A DNA stretch of 64,000 nt, taken from Macrostomum lignano. Lineage: Eukaryota. Shown here in pieces: positions 11,934 through 24,705 of this stretch. The notes under the pieces were generated by a model. It was not told the DNA's origin. It worked only from the letters and a program-made list of their open reading frames with translations, and searched no databases. How positions within the stretch are numbered: the stretch's first letter is position 1; each line of letters starts with the position of its first letter. The translations under genes and the position numbers were made by a program. The stretch spans positions 1 to 64,000 of the forward strand of contig NIVC01001237.1 in the NCBI GenBank assembly GCA_002269645.1. Direction: 5' to 3'.

Positions 11934-14333
11934 TGTCTGTCTGTCTATTTATCTATCGATCTATCTATCCATCTATCGAATCTAATCTATTTAATCTAAT
12001 CCACCCACCCAGCTGTACCCGGACGGCAGCAAGTGCCAGGACCACATCATGATGCACGGTGGCAAAGCATTCCTCGGGCTAAGCGCCCTGGTGCTGGGCA
12101 CCAGCGACTATGATGAGATCACGGGGCTGGCGGAGCGGGCGGGGCCCATCGAAGCTCTGGACAGTCGGCTCGGGGACTTTGACATGCGGCCCGAGCACCT
12201 GGGTGAGCGGTCATTCCACATCAATGAAGATCACTCCAATGTCAATTTATTGGCGCAGAAAATCCCTATTAGAATCACCCTAAATCCCAATAATAATCAC
12301 CCCAAATCCCAGTTAGAATCACCTCAAGTCCCAATTAGAATCACTCCAAATCGTAATTGAAATCACCCCAAATCCTAATTGAAATCACTCCAAATCCCAA
12401 TTAGAATCACTCCAAATCGTAATTGAAATCACTCCAAATCCCAATTAGAATCACTCCAAATCCCAATTAGAATCACTCCAAATCCCAATTAGAATCACTC
12501 CAAATCGTAATTGAAATCACCCCAAATCCTAATTGAAATCACTCCAAATCCCAATTAGAATCACTCCAAATCGTAATTGAAATCACTCCAAATCCCAATT
12601 AGAATCACTCCAAATCCCAATTAGAATCACTCCAAATCCCAATTAGAATCACTCCAAATCGTAATTGAAATCACCCCAAATCCTAATTGAAATCACTCCA
12701 AATCCCAATTAGAATCACTCCAAATCGTAATTGAAATCACCCCAAATCCTAATTGAAATCACTCCAAATCCCAATTAGAATCACTCCAAATCGTAATTGA
12801 AATCACCCCAAATCCTAATTGAAATCACTCCAAATCCCAATTAGAATCACCCCAAATCGTAATTGAAATCACTCCAAATCCTAATTGAAATCACCCCAAA
12901 TCCCAAGTAGAATCACCCCAAATCCCAATTAGAACCACCCCAAATCCCATTTAAAATCTGCCTGAATCCCAATTAGAATCAACTCAAATCCCTATGGAAA
13001 TCAATCGAAATCCCAATCAAAATTTCCCTAAATCTAAATGAATCAGACTTTTTCCTATTTCAATCTGCATCTTCCCATTCGCAGACGGACTCACCAGAGA
13101 ACAGAAGGCGCTCCGCCTAGCCAGTTGGTTTGCCCGCTGGAGCGCATATTTCGTGGATCACGGCATCAGGACAAGCGGGATTGCTCGAGTCTATTTAGGC
13201 TGTAACTTCTGGCGCGCAAAAGTGCTCAGAGAACTTTTTGCCTTCAATCTGAGACAAAAACTGCTTGGGGTGAGCTTTAAAATGGCTCTTTGGTCATCGA
13301 GGTTGCGTCGTATGACTTTGGAAACATTTTGGAAGCATGTAAAAGAGGTGAAATATTTACGAGTATAGTAGAGGGAAGAGAGTGGAAAGATAGAGGAAAA
13401 GTGGGAGAGGTAGAGAAGAGTGGGGTATAGAGAGGAGAGATGATTGGGAGAAGTAGAAAAGATAGTGTGGGAGGTAGAGAAGAGTGGGGGTAGAGAGGAG
13501 AGTGGGAGAGGTAGAGAGGAGATTTGGAGCGATAGATAGGAGAGTGGGAGAGGTTGAGAGAGGATAGTAGAAGAGGTTGAGAGAGGATAGTGGGAGAGAT
13601 AGAGAGGAGAGTGGGGGAGGTTGAGAGGAGAGAAGGGGTAGAGAAGAGAAGAGAGTGGGAGAGGTAGAAAGGTAGAAAGGTGAGGAGAGAGGGAGAGGTG
13701 AGGAGAGAGGGAGAGGTGAGGAGAGAGGGAGAGGTAGAGAGGAGAGAGGGAGAGGTAGAGAGGAGAGAGGGAGAGGTAGAGAGGAGAGTGGGAGAGGTCA
13801 AGAGGAGATTGGGAGCGATAGAAAGGAGAGTGGGGGAGGTTGAGAGGAGAGAAGAGGTAGAGAAGAGAGGAGAGTGGGAGAGGTCAAGAGGAGAGAAGAG
13901 GTAGAGAGGAGAGGAGAGTGGGAAGAGGTAGAGAGAGGAATGGGGAAAGTAGAGGTTAGAGTAGGACAGGGAGAGAAGAGAAGAGAGGAGAGAGGTAGAG
14001 GGAGCGAGGAGAGGTGAGAGGGAGAGGTAAAGAGGAGAGGTAGAGAGGAGAGTTGAAGACGGGAGAGTGGTTATTTTATCTGATAACTAAACTACGACAA
14101 ATATTGGATTCATTTGCACTTTAAATACGTTAAAAGTCGCTGAAGTCTCACCAAGCAATCCCGGCCAACCCCCTTCTGCTCAACTTCAGACGGAGTTTGC
14201 GTCCTCGCTGAAGCTGCGAGCATTTCGCACCGGCCACACGGGGGCTCTTGGCTCCATGGTGACCCAGTCTGGGAAAGAATTAAGCTACATTCGAGAGGAT
14301 GGCTTCTGTCGCGATGTGGATTCTGACTACTAA
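11334..14333 (+). CDS. Divergent type II pantothenate kinase (Fumble/PanK)-like protein, 4 exons, 336 aa
   Basis: Exons 11334-11825, 12013-12202, 13085-13269 and 14190-14333 join in frame (1011 nt) with GT-AG junctions. Motifs occur in PanK order: DRGCSSTK (cf. DIGGTLVK), TGGGS, VDELVGQARG (cf. LDELDCLVKG), YVFSGSG (cf. VVNIGSG), GGKAFLGLSAL (cf. GGGTFLGLCSL), RVYLGCNFWR (cf. RVVFVGNFLR), GHTGALGS (cf. GYFGAVGA). Confidence 0.8.
11838..11995. repeat. Compound tetranucleotide microsatellite (CTGT)n(CTGC)n(CTAT)n in PanK-like intron 1
   Basis: Directly visible. Confidence 0.95.
12270..13030. repeat. 22-bp minisatellite (AATCACTCCAAATCCCAATTAG) in PanK-like intron 2
   Basis: About 30 tandem copies with variants. 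Confidence 0.95.
13370..14070. repeat. GA-rich degenerate tandem repeat in PanK-like intron 3
   Basis: GAGAGGAGAGTGGGAGAGGTA-like units. Confidence 0.85.
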
Positions 14334-14999
14334 TAGTAGCTTAGTAACCGTTTATTTTATTTTTGGTGCTTTTCTGACGACGGTCTGAAAGAGAAGAATC
14401 ATTTTTCTTGTTTTGATTTGCGGTTTCTTTGACAGTTTATTAACGCGTTTGAAGTAGCCTGATTTTTAGTCACTATTTATCAATAAACAGTCATTGATTG
14501 ATTTAATGATTTTCTTCACATTTTATCGAAAATTGACAAAACAAACAAAGTGATTCAATACTTCATTTTCTGTCGTATTTTTCGGAAATGAATTAATCTG
14601 TTACCGACATACGATAATTGCATTCGAAGCCACGGAATGGACTAACGGATCTACAGATCAGGGGTTACTATATGATCATCATGGTTGCTAGCGACGCCCT
14701 GGAGTGACATCGGGGTTGCTAAGGATGCCATGGACATGGAGTGACATCGGGGTTGCTAAGGATGCCATGTGGGAAATTTGAGTTGTCAAGGGCGCCACGG
14801 AGGACATGCCACGGAGAACGGAGAATCTCCGGTTTTCGAGGACACCACAGACAACATTACGGTTTTCAAGCGCTACGGAAGACATTCAGGGTTGCTTGGG
14901 TTCAGGGCCGTCACAGCAATAACAACAAAAAACAGTACGATGTCAGGTAAGGTCTAAATAATCATAACAGCGTCACAGGGCTTGATCCTGAACTTACAT

Positions 15000-15375
15000 G
15001 TAATCCTGACACAGACCGTGGCAGCGTCCACCAGCAGGGAGTCGACGAAACGTAGAGTGCGCACCTGTCCTCGCCGGTAGGGTGCCTGCAGCGTCAACAG
15101 CGGTACCTGCACTGTGGACAGTACGAATTTCGATGATGTGGCCCTGCCAGCTGGAGTCCTCGACGGTGCAACAGGTCGTTTGGACGGACCAGACCAACGC
15201 GGCGATGGAGTGCTGCATTGGCCGTGGTGGCATGCTCGTCAACGATCTTGAAGGCGGCGTGAAACAGGCCAGCGTGCGTCGCGTCAACGTGCTGCTCGAG
15301 TGAGTCCGTCAGCGTCCAGTCTCGGTGATATAGAGCAAGACTGACGCCTGGAACAAACACCGCCCTCTGGTAGCA
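15000..15375 (-). mobile_element. Degenerate 3' fragment of an RTE-type LINE (same family as 52271-53644)
   Basis: Translates to QRAVF..LALYHRDWTLTDSLEQHVDATHAGLFHAAFKI..NAALHRR..RPNDLLHRRGLQLAG, collinear with the ORF end at 53170-53400. Confidence 0.9.
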
Positions 15376-15389
15376 GTCATTGTGGGTGT

Positions 15390-16375
15390 CATCCTGGGGT
15401 GTCATCGTTCGTGTCATCATGTGTGTCCTCGTTTTGGTGCCATCGTGTGTGCCATCGTGTGTGCCATCGTGTGTTCCATCATGTGTGCCATCGTGTGTAC
15501 CATCGTGTGTACCATCGTGTGTGCCATCGTGTGTGTCATCGTGTGTGCCATCGTGTGTGACATCGTGTGTGTCATCGTGTGTGTCATCGTGTGTGCCATC
15601 GTGTGTCATCGTGTATGCCATCGTGTGTGCCATCGTGTGTGACATCGTGTGTGTCATCGTGTGTGCCATCGTGTGTGCCATCGTGTGTTCCATCATGTGT
15701 GCCATCGTGTGTACCATCGTGTGTGCCATCGTGTGTGACATCGTGTGTGTCATCGTGTGTGTCATCGTGTGTGCCATCGTGTGTCATCGTGTATGCCATC
15801 GTGTGTGCCATCGTGTGTGACATCGTGTGTGTCATCGTGTGTGTCATCGTGTGTGCCATCGTGTGTCATCGTGTATGCCATCGTGTGTGCCATCGTTTGT
15901 GTCATCGTGTGTGCCATCGTGTGTCATCGTGTGTCATCGTGTGTGCCATCGTGTGTTGCCATCGTTTGTGTCATCGTTTGTGTCATCGTTTGTGTCATCT
16001 GTTTGTGTCATCGTTTGTGTCATCGTTTGTGTCATCTGTTTGTGTCATCGTTTGTGTCATCGTTTGTGTCATCGTTTGTGTCATCGTTTGTGTCATCGTT
16101 TGTGTCATCGTTTGTGTCATCGTTTGTGTCATCGTTTGTGTCATCGTTTGTGTCATCGTTTGTGTCATCGTTTGTGTCATCTGTTTGTGTCATCGTTTGT
16201 GTCATCGTTTGTGTCATCGTTTGTGTCATCGTTTGTGTCATCGTTTGTGTCATCGTTTGTGTCATCGTTTGTGTCATCGTTTGTGTCATCGTTTGTGTCA
16301 TCGTTTGTGTCATCGTTTGTGTCATCGTTTGTGTCATCGTTTGTGTCATCTGTTTGTGCCATCGTGTTCTGCGAT
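15390..16375. repeat. 12-bp minisatellite (CATCGTGTGTGY, then GTCATCGTTTGT)
   Basis: About 80 copies. It is the source of many spurious ORFs. Confidence 0.97.
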
Positions 16376-17589
16376 GGCCTGCACGTTACTCGCCGTATAG
16401 CAGAAACCAGCTTGCTTTTCCAAGCGATCGCTGCATGGCCGCTCTTGACACGGAAGAATACAAGACACAATTAGGAATTGTCACGGAGGATATCAAGGTT
16501 TGTCAAGGGGAGGGGGTTCAATGAAGAACGACAACTAAGGTACATGAAGTTATATTTTCCAGACCTTTGCTTGCACTTTAAACCCTGTCTTAGATTTATA
16601 TCTGTATAGGCACTGTCTCCAGCTACATGCATGTGAAGTTATTCAAATGAATAAGTCCTGACTTACCACACGCAACCCAACTCATCAATATGCCATGTCA
16701 AAAATGCCCAACAACGCCCCCCACACACACACTGGCCGTCAATCAGCAAAGTTTGCACCCCTGGAGACGTGAATTAGTTAGGCACGTGAATAAATAAGGT
16801 ACTTCAGTTTGAAACCAAGAGGCGCTATCTAACAGGCTCCAAGCTCCATGGTGTACAACGAAATGTGGAACTTGCAAAAAGTTCAGCCGCAATAATAAAC
16901 GGAGGCTTTGCTTTAGTACAGTAAAGAACGAGTGTACATAGAACCCTATTATAGCACTGATGATAGGGTTGGGCAAAATGTGCGTAGGCTGAAAGCTGTG
17001 CAGCTAGAAGGAGCTGTGCACTTGAATAACAGACTGCACGAGAGGCACAAGAGAACACAATTCGGTAGGATGGAGAGCAGCAGTTTTATGAGAAGGTGGG
17101 CCAGTCAGTCTCTCATGGCTGTGTATTAAGGTACCAAAACTATTTTTGTCTTTCATTTTAAGAAAATCAAACACTATACCGGTCTAGAATCTAAAAATAA
17201 TTCTGCATATGAAAAAATTAACCTTTTTATGACTCCAACCAGGGTAGCCAACACGCCGCAGGATTAGCAGTCGTAAAATTGTAACATAGTAGTAACCAGA
17301 CAGCATTGCATTTATCGAAGCATTTTCACTGCCCAAAAAGTATACAGTCAAGCCAACTAAGCTTTCATGAATGCTTTAAAACTTTTTAAATACTTTTTCC
17401 TGGACGAAATAAAACATCAACACGTTGCCTGTTAATGTGGAAAATAAATTGAAAATGATCGCATCTATATGCAACTATTATTGCTAAAAACTAACTAATT
17501 TAGTTCCATGTACAATTGTACATGTATGATAAAGTGAGAGATCACTTGACTGGAACACCAACTAGCTTTCTGGTAACCATTCGGAGCTT

Positions 17590-17985
17590 TTGCACCAGGG
17601 GCTTTAGCACCAGGGGCTTTAGCACCAGGGGCTTTAGCACCAGGGGCTTTAGCACCAGGGGCTTTAGCACCAGGGGCTTTAGCACCAGGGGCTTTAGCAC
17701 CAGGGGCTTTAGCACCAGGGGCTTTAGCACCAGGGGCTTTAGCACCAGCGGCTTTAGCACCAGGGGCTTTAGCACCAGGGGCTTTAGCACCAGCGGCTTT
17801 AGCACCAGGAGGGGCTTTAGCATTAGGGGCTTTAGCACCAGGGGCGCCAGCACCAGGGGCGCCAGCACCAGGGGCGCCAGCACCAGGGGCGCCAGCACCA
17901 GGGGCGCCAGCACCAGGGGCGCCAGCACCAGGGGCTTTAGCACCAGGGGTGCCAGCACCAGGGGCGCCCGCACCAGGGGTGCCAG
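17590..17985. repeat. 15-bp minisatellite (CACCAGGGGCTTTAG / CACCAGGGGCGCCAG)
   Basis: About 26 copies forming two variant blocks. Confidence 0.97.
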
Positions 17986-20204
17986 ACCCCTTTGTTCCCT
18001 ATATCCCTGGCTGCGCCATAGGCTTTGGTTGGGGCTAACATGAATATAAGTCAGCCTCACATCTTTTTCTTAACAATGGTGCACAAGCGCCATCACTAAA
18101 GATAGTATGTTTTAAAATGTAGCTAATCTAAAATTTATAGTCAGATCGTTGTACTTGTTTATCAGACCAAGAAGCAAACACAGGTCCAGACAGACAGTCA
18201 CAAGCAGAAGTTAGTTTTCATTAAAAAAAAAAACATGACTGCTGGTCTATCTTCACAGATTTGGATAGAAAACAGTGAACCTGTAGTGACCTTGTACTAA
18301 ACCTTTGCAAAACTTTCAGCCATTCATGCAGTAAACATTTCATTCTAGAAATTTCCTCGCTATACCGTATATGATTCTAAATATAGTAACTTGAATTCCC
18401 GCGCGAACTCTTTCTAGAAAACTCCCTCTTCCAGAATGTTCCATGAGAAAGATATAAATATAAAGCACCCGCAATCAAACGGTTGCAGTTCTTCGACCTA
18501 TCTTACGAACCTATCTTATTAGCAATAATATTAAGAACCACAGCCTTTACGTACGCCTTATTCATTTAAATCTCTACAAACCTATGCATTATTTGTTGGT
18601 ACGCTCGAACTTCGTTCGAACAGAAAAGTAGAGGGGGTTGTTCTCTATAGCTCCTACTTATCTAAATACGAGTATATAGACTTCTTCAAAGAGATGCAGT
18701 GCATGTCACTGTTTATCGCAATTAAAGAGAAGAGAAGGTGAGGGAGGGCGAGAGGTGGCCAATAGCGGCGGGTCGTGGGTGTCACGCGCACAGGCACAAG
18801 CACAAGTTAAGCCGCAAAATATTTTTTTTCTTGAAATTGATGGCTCCCACCTCCTGCTCCTACTGACAAGGATTAAAACCGATTAAAAACAAGGATATAA
18901 TACAGCGTATCCGATCTTTAGTCAAGGGGAATACATAATTGTTGAAATAATGAAACCATAAATTATTGCCTTCAAGCGTTCAAGGCCATGCCAGGCGGTG
19001 AGTAGTGAGTTAAACTTAAACCAGACTCTCAGACTCATTTAGTTAAACAAGTTAAACAAGATAAACTTATTAAACAAGAATAAGATCTGCGCTTCCGTTA
19101 TAAACCAGTTTGTTTCATGTATCATTTTATATGTATTAGATTAAAATTTCGCAAAATCTAACCACAATACTTTCCTTGTATCAGGACTCAGGAGTGTTAA
19201 TTAATTTAATTGAGGCATAACATCCTTGCTTTAGTTTGTTTGTTTCTTTAATATAGTTTTATATCGCAGATGTTATTAGCTATTCTTCTGTCTTCATACG
19301 AGAATCGTATACTGTATCAGTTTAGCTTTATGTTTAGCTATTAGTCAGCGAAAGGGAACTTCGACGCTAGCTGAATCTGGGTTAGGGTTTTTTTCAAAAT
19401 GTACATTCTTTTCAATCGGAAACCTCTCCGCCTCCGCCGTGGGTCGGGAATGGGGAGGGGTCTAAGTGTACATATAGCCAGTGTACAAAACACTGAGTGT
19501 ACATTGGGTCTAGATTATTCTAAATGAGTGTAAAGCATATAGTTAAAAAGATCTCTCTCTGCCGTGGAACTATACAAATAACGCAGCACAAGCACCGGCA
19601 GCAGTGAAGCCGTGTTCTAAAAACAGTTTTGCCACGTTGGAGTTGCGTTGCATTTTTAATTCAAAGTTGCTTTCAGTTTGGAGCTTAAATCTGCTGTATC
19701 AAACTGGTTTTAATATCCCACGCCTAAGAGAGCAAAACAAAGCTATTGGTAAAAAATTCTACTGTTTTATGGACTCGTACTCGTCGTAGTCTCTATGAAG
19801 TATGATTATTCTCATGGATAAATCGCGATTCAAGTCACATCGAATGCAAAAGAAACAAGGTAAGCAGCAAAATTGTGATATCGATCGGTCGTTTTCTTGA
19901 TTTGGCTTAAATTACATAAGTAGCTTAGTAATAGGTTTTATATAGTAATAGTACTATATTAGGTTTTATCCGTGCGGAACTAAGACAGTTCTAGAATCTA
20001 TATACTGATGTCTGATAACGTATATTCCAGAACATGTTGATAGACACACTACTCTCGAGGTAAGTAAGACTAAGACTAAGAGAGACTAGGTCACTGGGTG
20101 TGGTGTGGGGCCGAGAAGTACTAAATGGTTGAAGTAACATGGCGAAACAAATGGTAACTCAGGAAATGGGGGCCTCGCGAATGCGAAGGAATTGAGGGAA
20201 ATTG

Positions 20205-20375
20205 CACCATCTGAAGGACTCGGAAGTGCCACCTGAAGGACTGGGAAGCAGTGCCACCTGAAGGAATGTGAACGTGGGAAGCAGTGCCACCTGAAGAACT
20301 GGGAAGCAGTGCCACCTGAAGGACTGGGAAGCAGTGCCACCTGAAGGACTGGAAAGCAGTGCCACCTGAAGGAAT
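20205..20375. repeat. 25-bp tandem repeat (GTGCCACCTGAAGGACTGGGAAGCA)
   Basis: About 6 copies. Confidence 0.9.
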
Positions 20376-20805
20376 GGGAAGCTTAGCACGTGTACTGTTT
20401 ATGTACATGTTCGTGGTGAGCTGTTCAGGCACTGAGCGAACACTATGGAATGAATATTCATATTCAATTAAGGCAAACGTGAATTCGAAATGAGAGCAAG
20501 CATCTCACAGAAGCCAAGTCTATAGCAACAACAGTATTACAATTAAGCATTTAATAGCACTGGCCCGCCCACAAAAATAGGTTTGGCTTGCCTATTTAGC
20601 GTATAAAACGCCAATTTGGCCGTTATTAAGAATGCAAATGGCATCATATGCTAAAATAGACGCGTGTTTCTAAATATAGAGTTGCTTCTAGTTTTGAGTT
20701 TACTTTCTCAACTTAATGTAACTAATGAAGTTTGAACATGGAACTAAACAAATTTGTTAATATTTGCGCTTTTTTCCACGCCAATTAAATTTCAGGTATC
20801 TGCAA

Positions 20806-22554
20806 ATGGCCGAAAGTTTGCCAGAATTGACTGAGCAACTTAAATCTAGCTTGGAATTGCATTACTCACCCGAAATTGCTACTAAAGCTGTTGAATTATA
20901 CAAACGGAGCGGCGAGGAATACAAAGTCTACATTGTTGGTGGTTCCGCTTTATGAGATTGATGGGATGAGGTGCGAGACATGGGGCAGGGCACTTGAGAT
21001 TAAGGGCTGAAGATGCAATGATGGACCTTCAACGGTGTGAGGCTGTGAGACGCGAGGATGAGAACTTTAGACGTGAGATAGGACAAATGAGGGTGAGAAA
21101 TGGCTGAGATGGGAGGGTTAGATAGCTGACATCAGTGGGTGAGATAAGTGATATAGCTGAGATTAGAGGGTGAGATGAGTGAGATAGCTGAGATTGGAGG
21201 GTGAGATGAGTGAGATAGCTGAGATTGGAGGGTGAGATAGTTGAGATGGGAGGGTGAGATAGGTGATATTAGATAACTAATACGGGAGGGATAAATAGGT
21301 GAGATAGTTAAGATGGGAGTCACCGGGAGTGTGAGATGGCTGAGATAGATGAGATGGGATGGTGAGATGGCTAAGGTGCTGAGATGGGATGGTGAGATGG
21401 GTGAAATAGCTGAGATTCGAGGGTGAGATAGCTGAGATAGGAGGGTGAGATAGCTGAGATGGAAGGGTGGCATGGCTGAGATTGGAGGGTGAGATAGCTG
21501 AGATTGGAGGGTGAGATAGCTGAGATTGGAGGGTGAGATAGCTGAGATTGGAGGGTGAGATAGCTGAGATTGGAGGGTGAGATAGCTGAGATGGGAGGGC
21601 CAGATAGCTGAGACGGGAGGGTGAGATAGCTGAGACGGGAGGGTGAGATAGCTCAGGCCGGCCTGAGGGTGAGAGGGTGAGATGCTTGAGATCTGAGGGT
21701 GAGATGGGAGGCTGAGAAGGCTCACTAATCCGGGTTTAAGCACAGTGCAGTGCAGATAATAATGAAATTCAAACACAATCTGAATCTCTGCAGGCTGCCT
21801 AATCCTGACACTGACGGCCTCAGTGAAGCCCGAGTACACTCTGCTAAGCAGACGAAAGTCCAACCTGTTACAATCGCAACTTTACTCGATTGAGCAGGCC
21901 TCAGAACTGGCTGAGTCAGGTCTGTACCTTGACGATCAGCCAAGACCTCAGCAGCAGCACAGACTTGTGTGCTTTCACTGCAGCGCAAAGATTCCCCATC
22001 AATCCGGCAGCCTCTCCGCCCATCGACAAGCCAGTCCCGGCTGTTATTTCGTTCGATTTTTCGATTTCATCAAAAGCATGGGCAGCGCCGATCCCAGCTT
22101 CACTGAGAGCGTCATCAGAGACATCGGCCGCTACGTGAAAGCGTTGCGGAAACTCAAAATAGATTTATGTAGCCAAGGCATGGCCATTGCCATGACCTAT
22201 GGCTTCGATAACAAACTATTAACATTTTGTACAGCCAGACACTTCATGCGGAATAGCGGCCGGGTGCCGGACAGGGCTGGAGATCTCATCCAGCTGGTGC
22301 ACAGTATACAGCCACTGTTCCACGAGTCCGTGCCCCTCACTGTGGACATTCTGGCACTGTTGGAGCCATTGAAACTTCTGCCCGGCCGGCCTGAGAGCAG
22401 CGGCTATCATTCAGTTGTGGTTGGCCAATACGACCGCCTGTCTGGCTCCATGCAGTCTCGAGTGCACTCGCTGACTCATGCCCAGCTGCAGGCTATTCAG
22501 TCTGTGCTAACCTCCAATCCCAGTGCGTCTGGCGCACCACCTGGTCAATCATAG
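20806..22554 (+). CDS. IAP-like protein with one divergent BIR domain plus a UBA-like segment; no RING seen
   Basis: The main exon (21794-22554) encodes SRRKS..SELAESGLY..RLVCFHC-x13-H-x6-CYFV (BIR-like) and MAIAMTYGFDNKLL..SGRVP..GDLIQLV, similar to the IAP UBA (MGF motif). A putative first coding exon 20806-20938 joins in phase 1 through a weak GTGGTT donor, so the 5' end is less certain. Confidence 0.65.
21090..21720. repeat. 22-bp minisatellite (GAGGGTGAGATAGCTGAGATTG) in the putative IAP-like intron
   Basis: About 25 copies. Confidence 0.93.
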
Positions 22555-22624
22555 ATGCAATTTATTATTTGTGACGGCCCGTTAATTCGAAAATAATCTC
22601 TCTCTAACTCGTTCTATTCTCTCA

Positions 22625-23215
22625 CCCTTCTCACTGTCTCCCCTAGTCTATCTCCCTTAAATCTCACTGTCTCCCCTAGTCTATCTCAGTTAAATCTCAC
22701 TGTCTCCCCTAGTCTATCTCAGTTAAATCTCACTGTCTCCCCTAGTCTATCTCCCTTTATCTCACTGTCTCCCCTAGTCTATCTCCCTTTATCTCACTGT
22801 CTCCCCTAGTCTATCTCCCTTTATCTCATTGTCTTCCCTAGTCTATCTCCCTTTATCTCACTGTCTCCCCTAGTCTATCTCCCTTTATCTCACTGTCTCC
22901 CCTAGTCTATCTCCCTTTATCTCATTGTCTTCCCTAGTCTATCTCCCTTTATCTCACTGTCTCCCCTAGTCTATCTCCCTTTATCTCACTGTCTCCCCTA
23001 GTCTATCTCCCTTTATCTCATTGTCTTCCCTAGTCTATCTCCCTTTATCTCACTGTCTTCCCTAGTCTATCTCCCTTTATCTCACTGTCTCCCCTAGTCT
23101 ATCTCCCATTATCTCACTGTCTCCCCTAGTCTATCTCCCATTATCTCACTGTCTCCCCTAATATATATCCCTTTATCTCACTCTATCCCCTAGTCTATCT
23201 CCCTTAAAAATCACC
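22625..23215. repeat. 32-bp minisatellite (CTCACTGTCTCCCCTAGTCTATCTCCCTTTAT)
   Basis: About 18 copies; the period is seen at 22761 and 22793. Confidence 0.95.
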
Positions 23216-23974
23216 CTTCACCTCACACTACTGAAGTCTCTCCACCTTCCCTTGATCTCAATATTTCCCCTAGTCTCTCCACCTTCAATCTCACCCTTCA
23301 TCTGACTCCCTTCCCAATCTCCCTTCGATCTCACCCTTTACCTCAATCTCTTCTAATCGCTCCTTTGAGAGTATAAAGACAAAGCTGAGAGTGAATATTT
23401 CTGTAATTACGATATTTGAAATCTTCATTGTTAGTTTGTGTTTCATAAAATAAACGTATTACCGCAGTGAAGATTAACATATTTTACTGGTATCTCTGCG
23501 CGCGCATTGTCAGGAGTATCATCATTCTCTGGATCATAAAATCATATTATATGATTTCGTCACCTCGCGCTCATTCATGCGCTTATTCTTGTGGTATACT
23601 GCAACCTTCCTATAGTGTATTTAAACAAAGTATTGTGCCCATTACACAATACTTGAGTGAATACTAGACGGATAAATCTACCAGCTGTTTGTAGAGCTGA
23701 ATAAGAGTCAGCGACAAAGAATATTTAGCTGAAGTGCATTTTTTATATTTTACGGGTACTTTAACAATATAGCCTGTCTATAAAAACATTAATGCTTATA
23801 TGATGTGCATTGCTTTGCTTAAGTAGTTCTGACATCTACTGTACGTAATATTTTTTATTCAGCAATAAACTCATTTAAATCAAGAAATTTGCGTGAACGA
23901 CTAAAGGACCTTGTAGTTTTTCACGTCTATCATTGGTATAAAACTGCTCTTTACGAATAAGCAATTGCAACAGC

Positions 23975-24705
23975 TCCCCAGATCCTTAATCTCCGTCTCA
24001 GATCCCCAATCTCACTCCAAGATCCTCAATCTCACTCCCAGATCCCCAATCTCACTCCAAGATCCCCAATCTCACTCCAAGATCCTCAATCTCACTCCAA
24101 GATCTCCAATCTCACTCCCAGATCCCCAATCTCACTCCCCGATCCCCAATCTCACTTCCCGATCCCCAATCTCATTCCCAGATCTCCAATCTCACTCCCA
24201 GATCCCCAATCTCACTCCCAGATCCTCAATCTCATTCCCAGATCTCCAATCTCACTCCCAGATCCCCAATCTCCCTCCCAGATCCCCAATCTCACTCCCA
24301 GATCCCCAATCTCATTCCCAGATCTCCAATCTCACTCCCAGATCCCCAATCTCACTCCCAGATCCCCAATCTCATTCCCAGATCTCCAATCTCACTCCCA
24401 GATCCCCAATCTCCCTCCCAGATCCCCAATCTCACTCCCAGATCCCCAATCTCACTCCCAGATCCCCAATCTCACTCCCAGATCCCCAATCTCACTCCCA
24501 GATTCTTAACCTCACTCCTAGATCCCTAGCTAATCTCACTCCCAGATCCCCAATCTCACACCAAGGTCCTCAATCTCACTTTCAGATCCTCAATCTCACT
24601 TCCAGATCCCCAATCTAAATCACAGATTTCTAATTTCACTCCCAGATCCCCAATCTAAATCCCAGATTTCTAATTTCACTCCCAGATCCCCAATCTCAAC
24701 CCCAG
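23975..24705. repeat. 20-bp minisatellite (CCCAGATCCCCAATCTCACT)
   Basis: About 35 copies. Confidence 0.95.

Noticed and set aside
15094-16524. Numerous long ORFs (MTQTMTQT, HRVCHRV, DDTN repeats)
   Set aside because: They are translations of a 12-bp minisatellite with no stop in several frames and have no splice or protein context.
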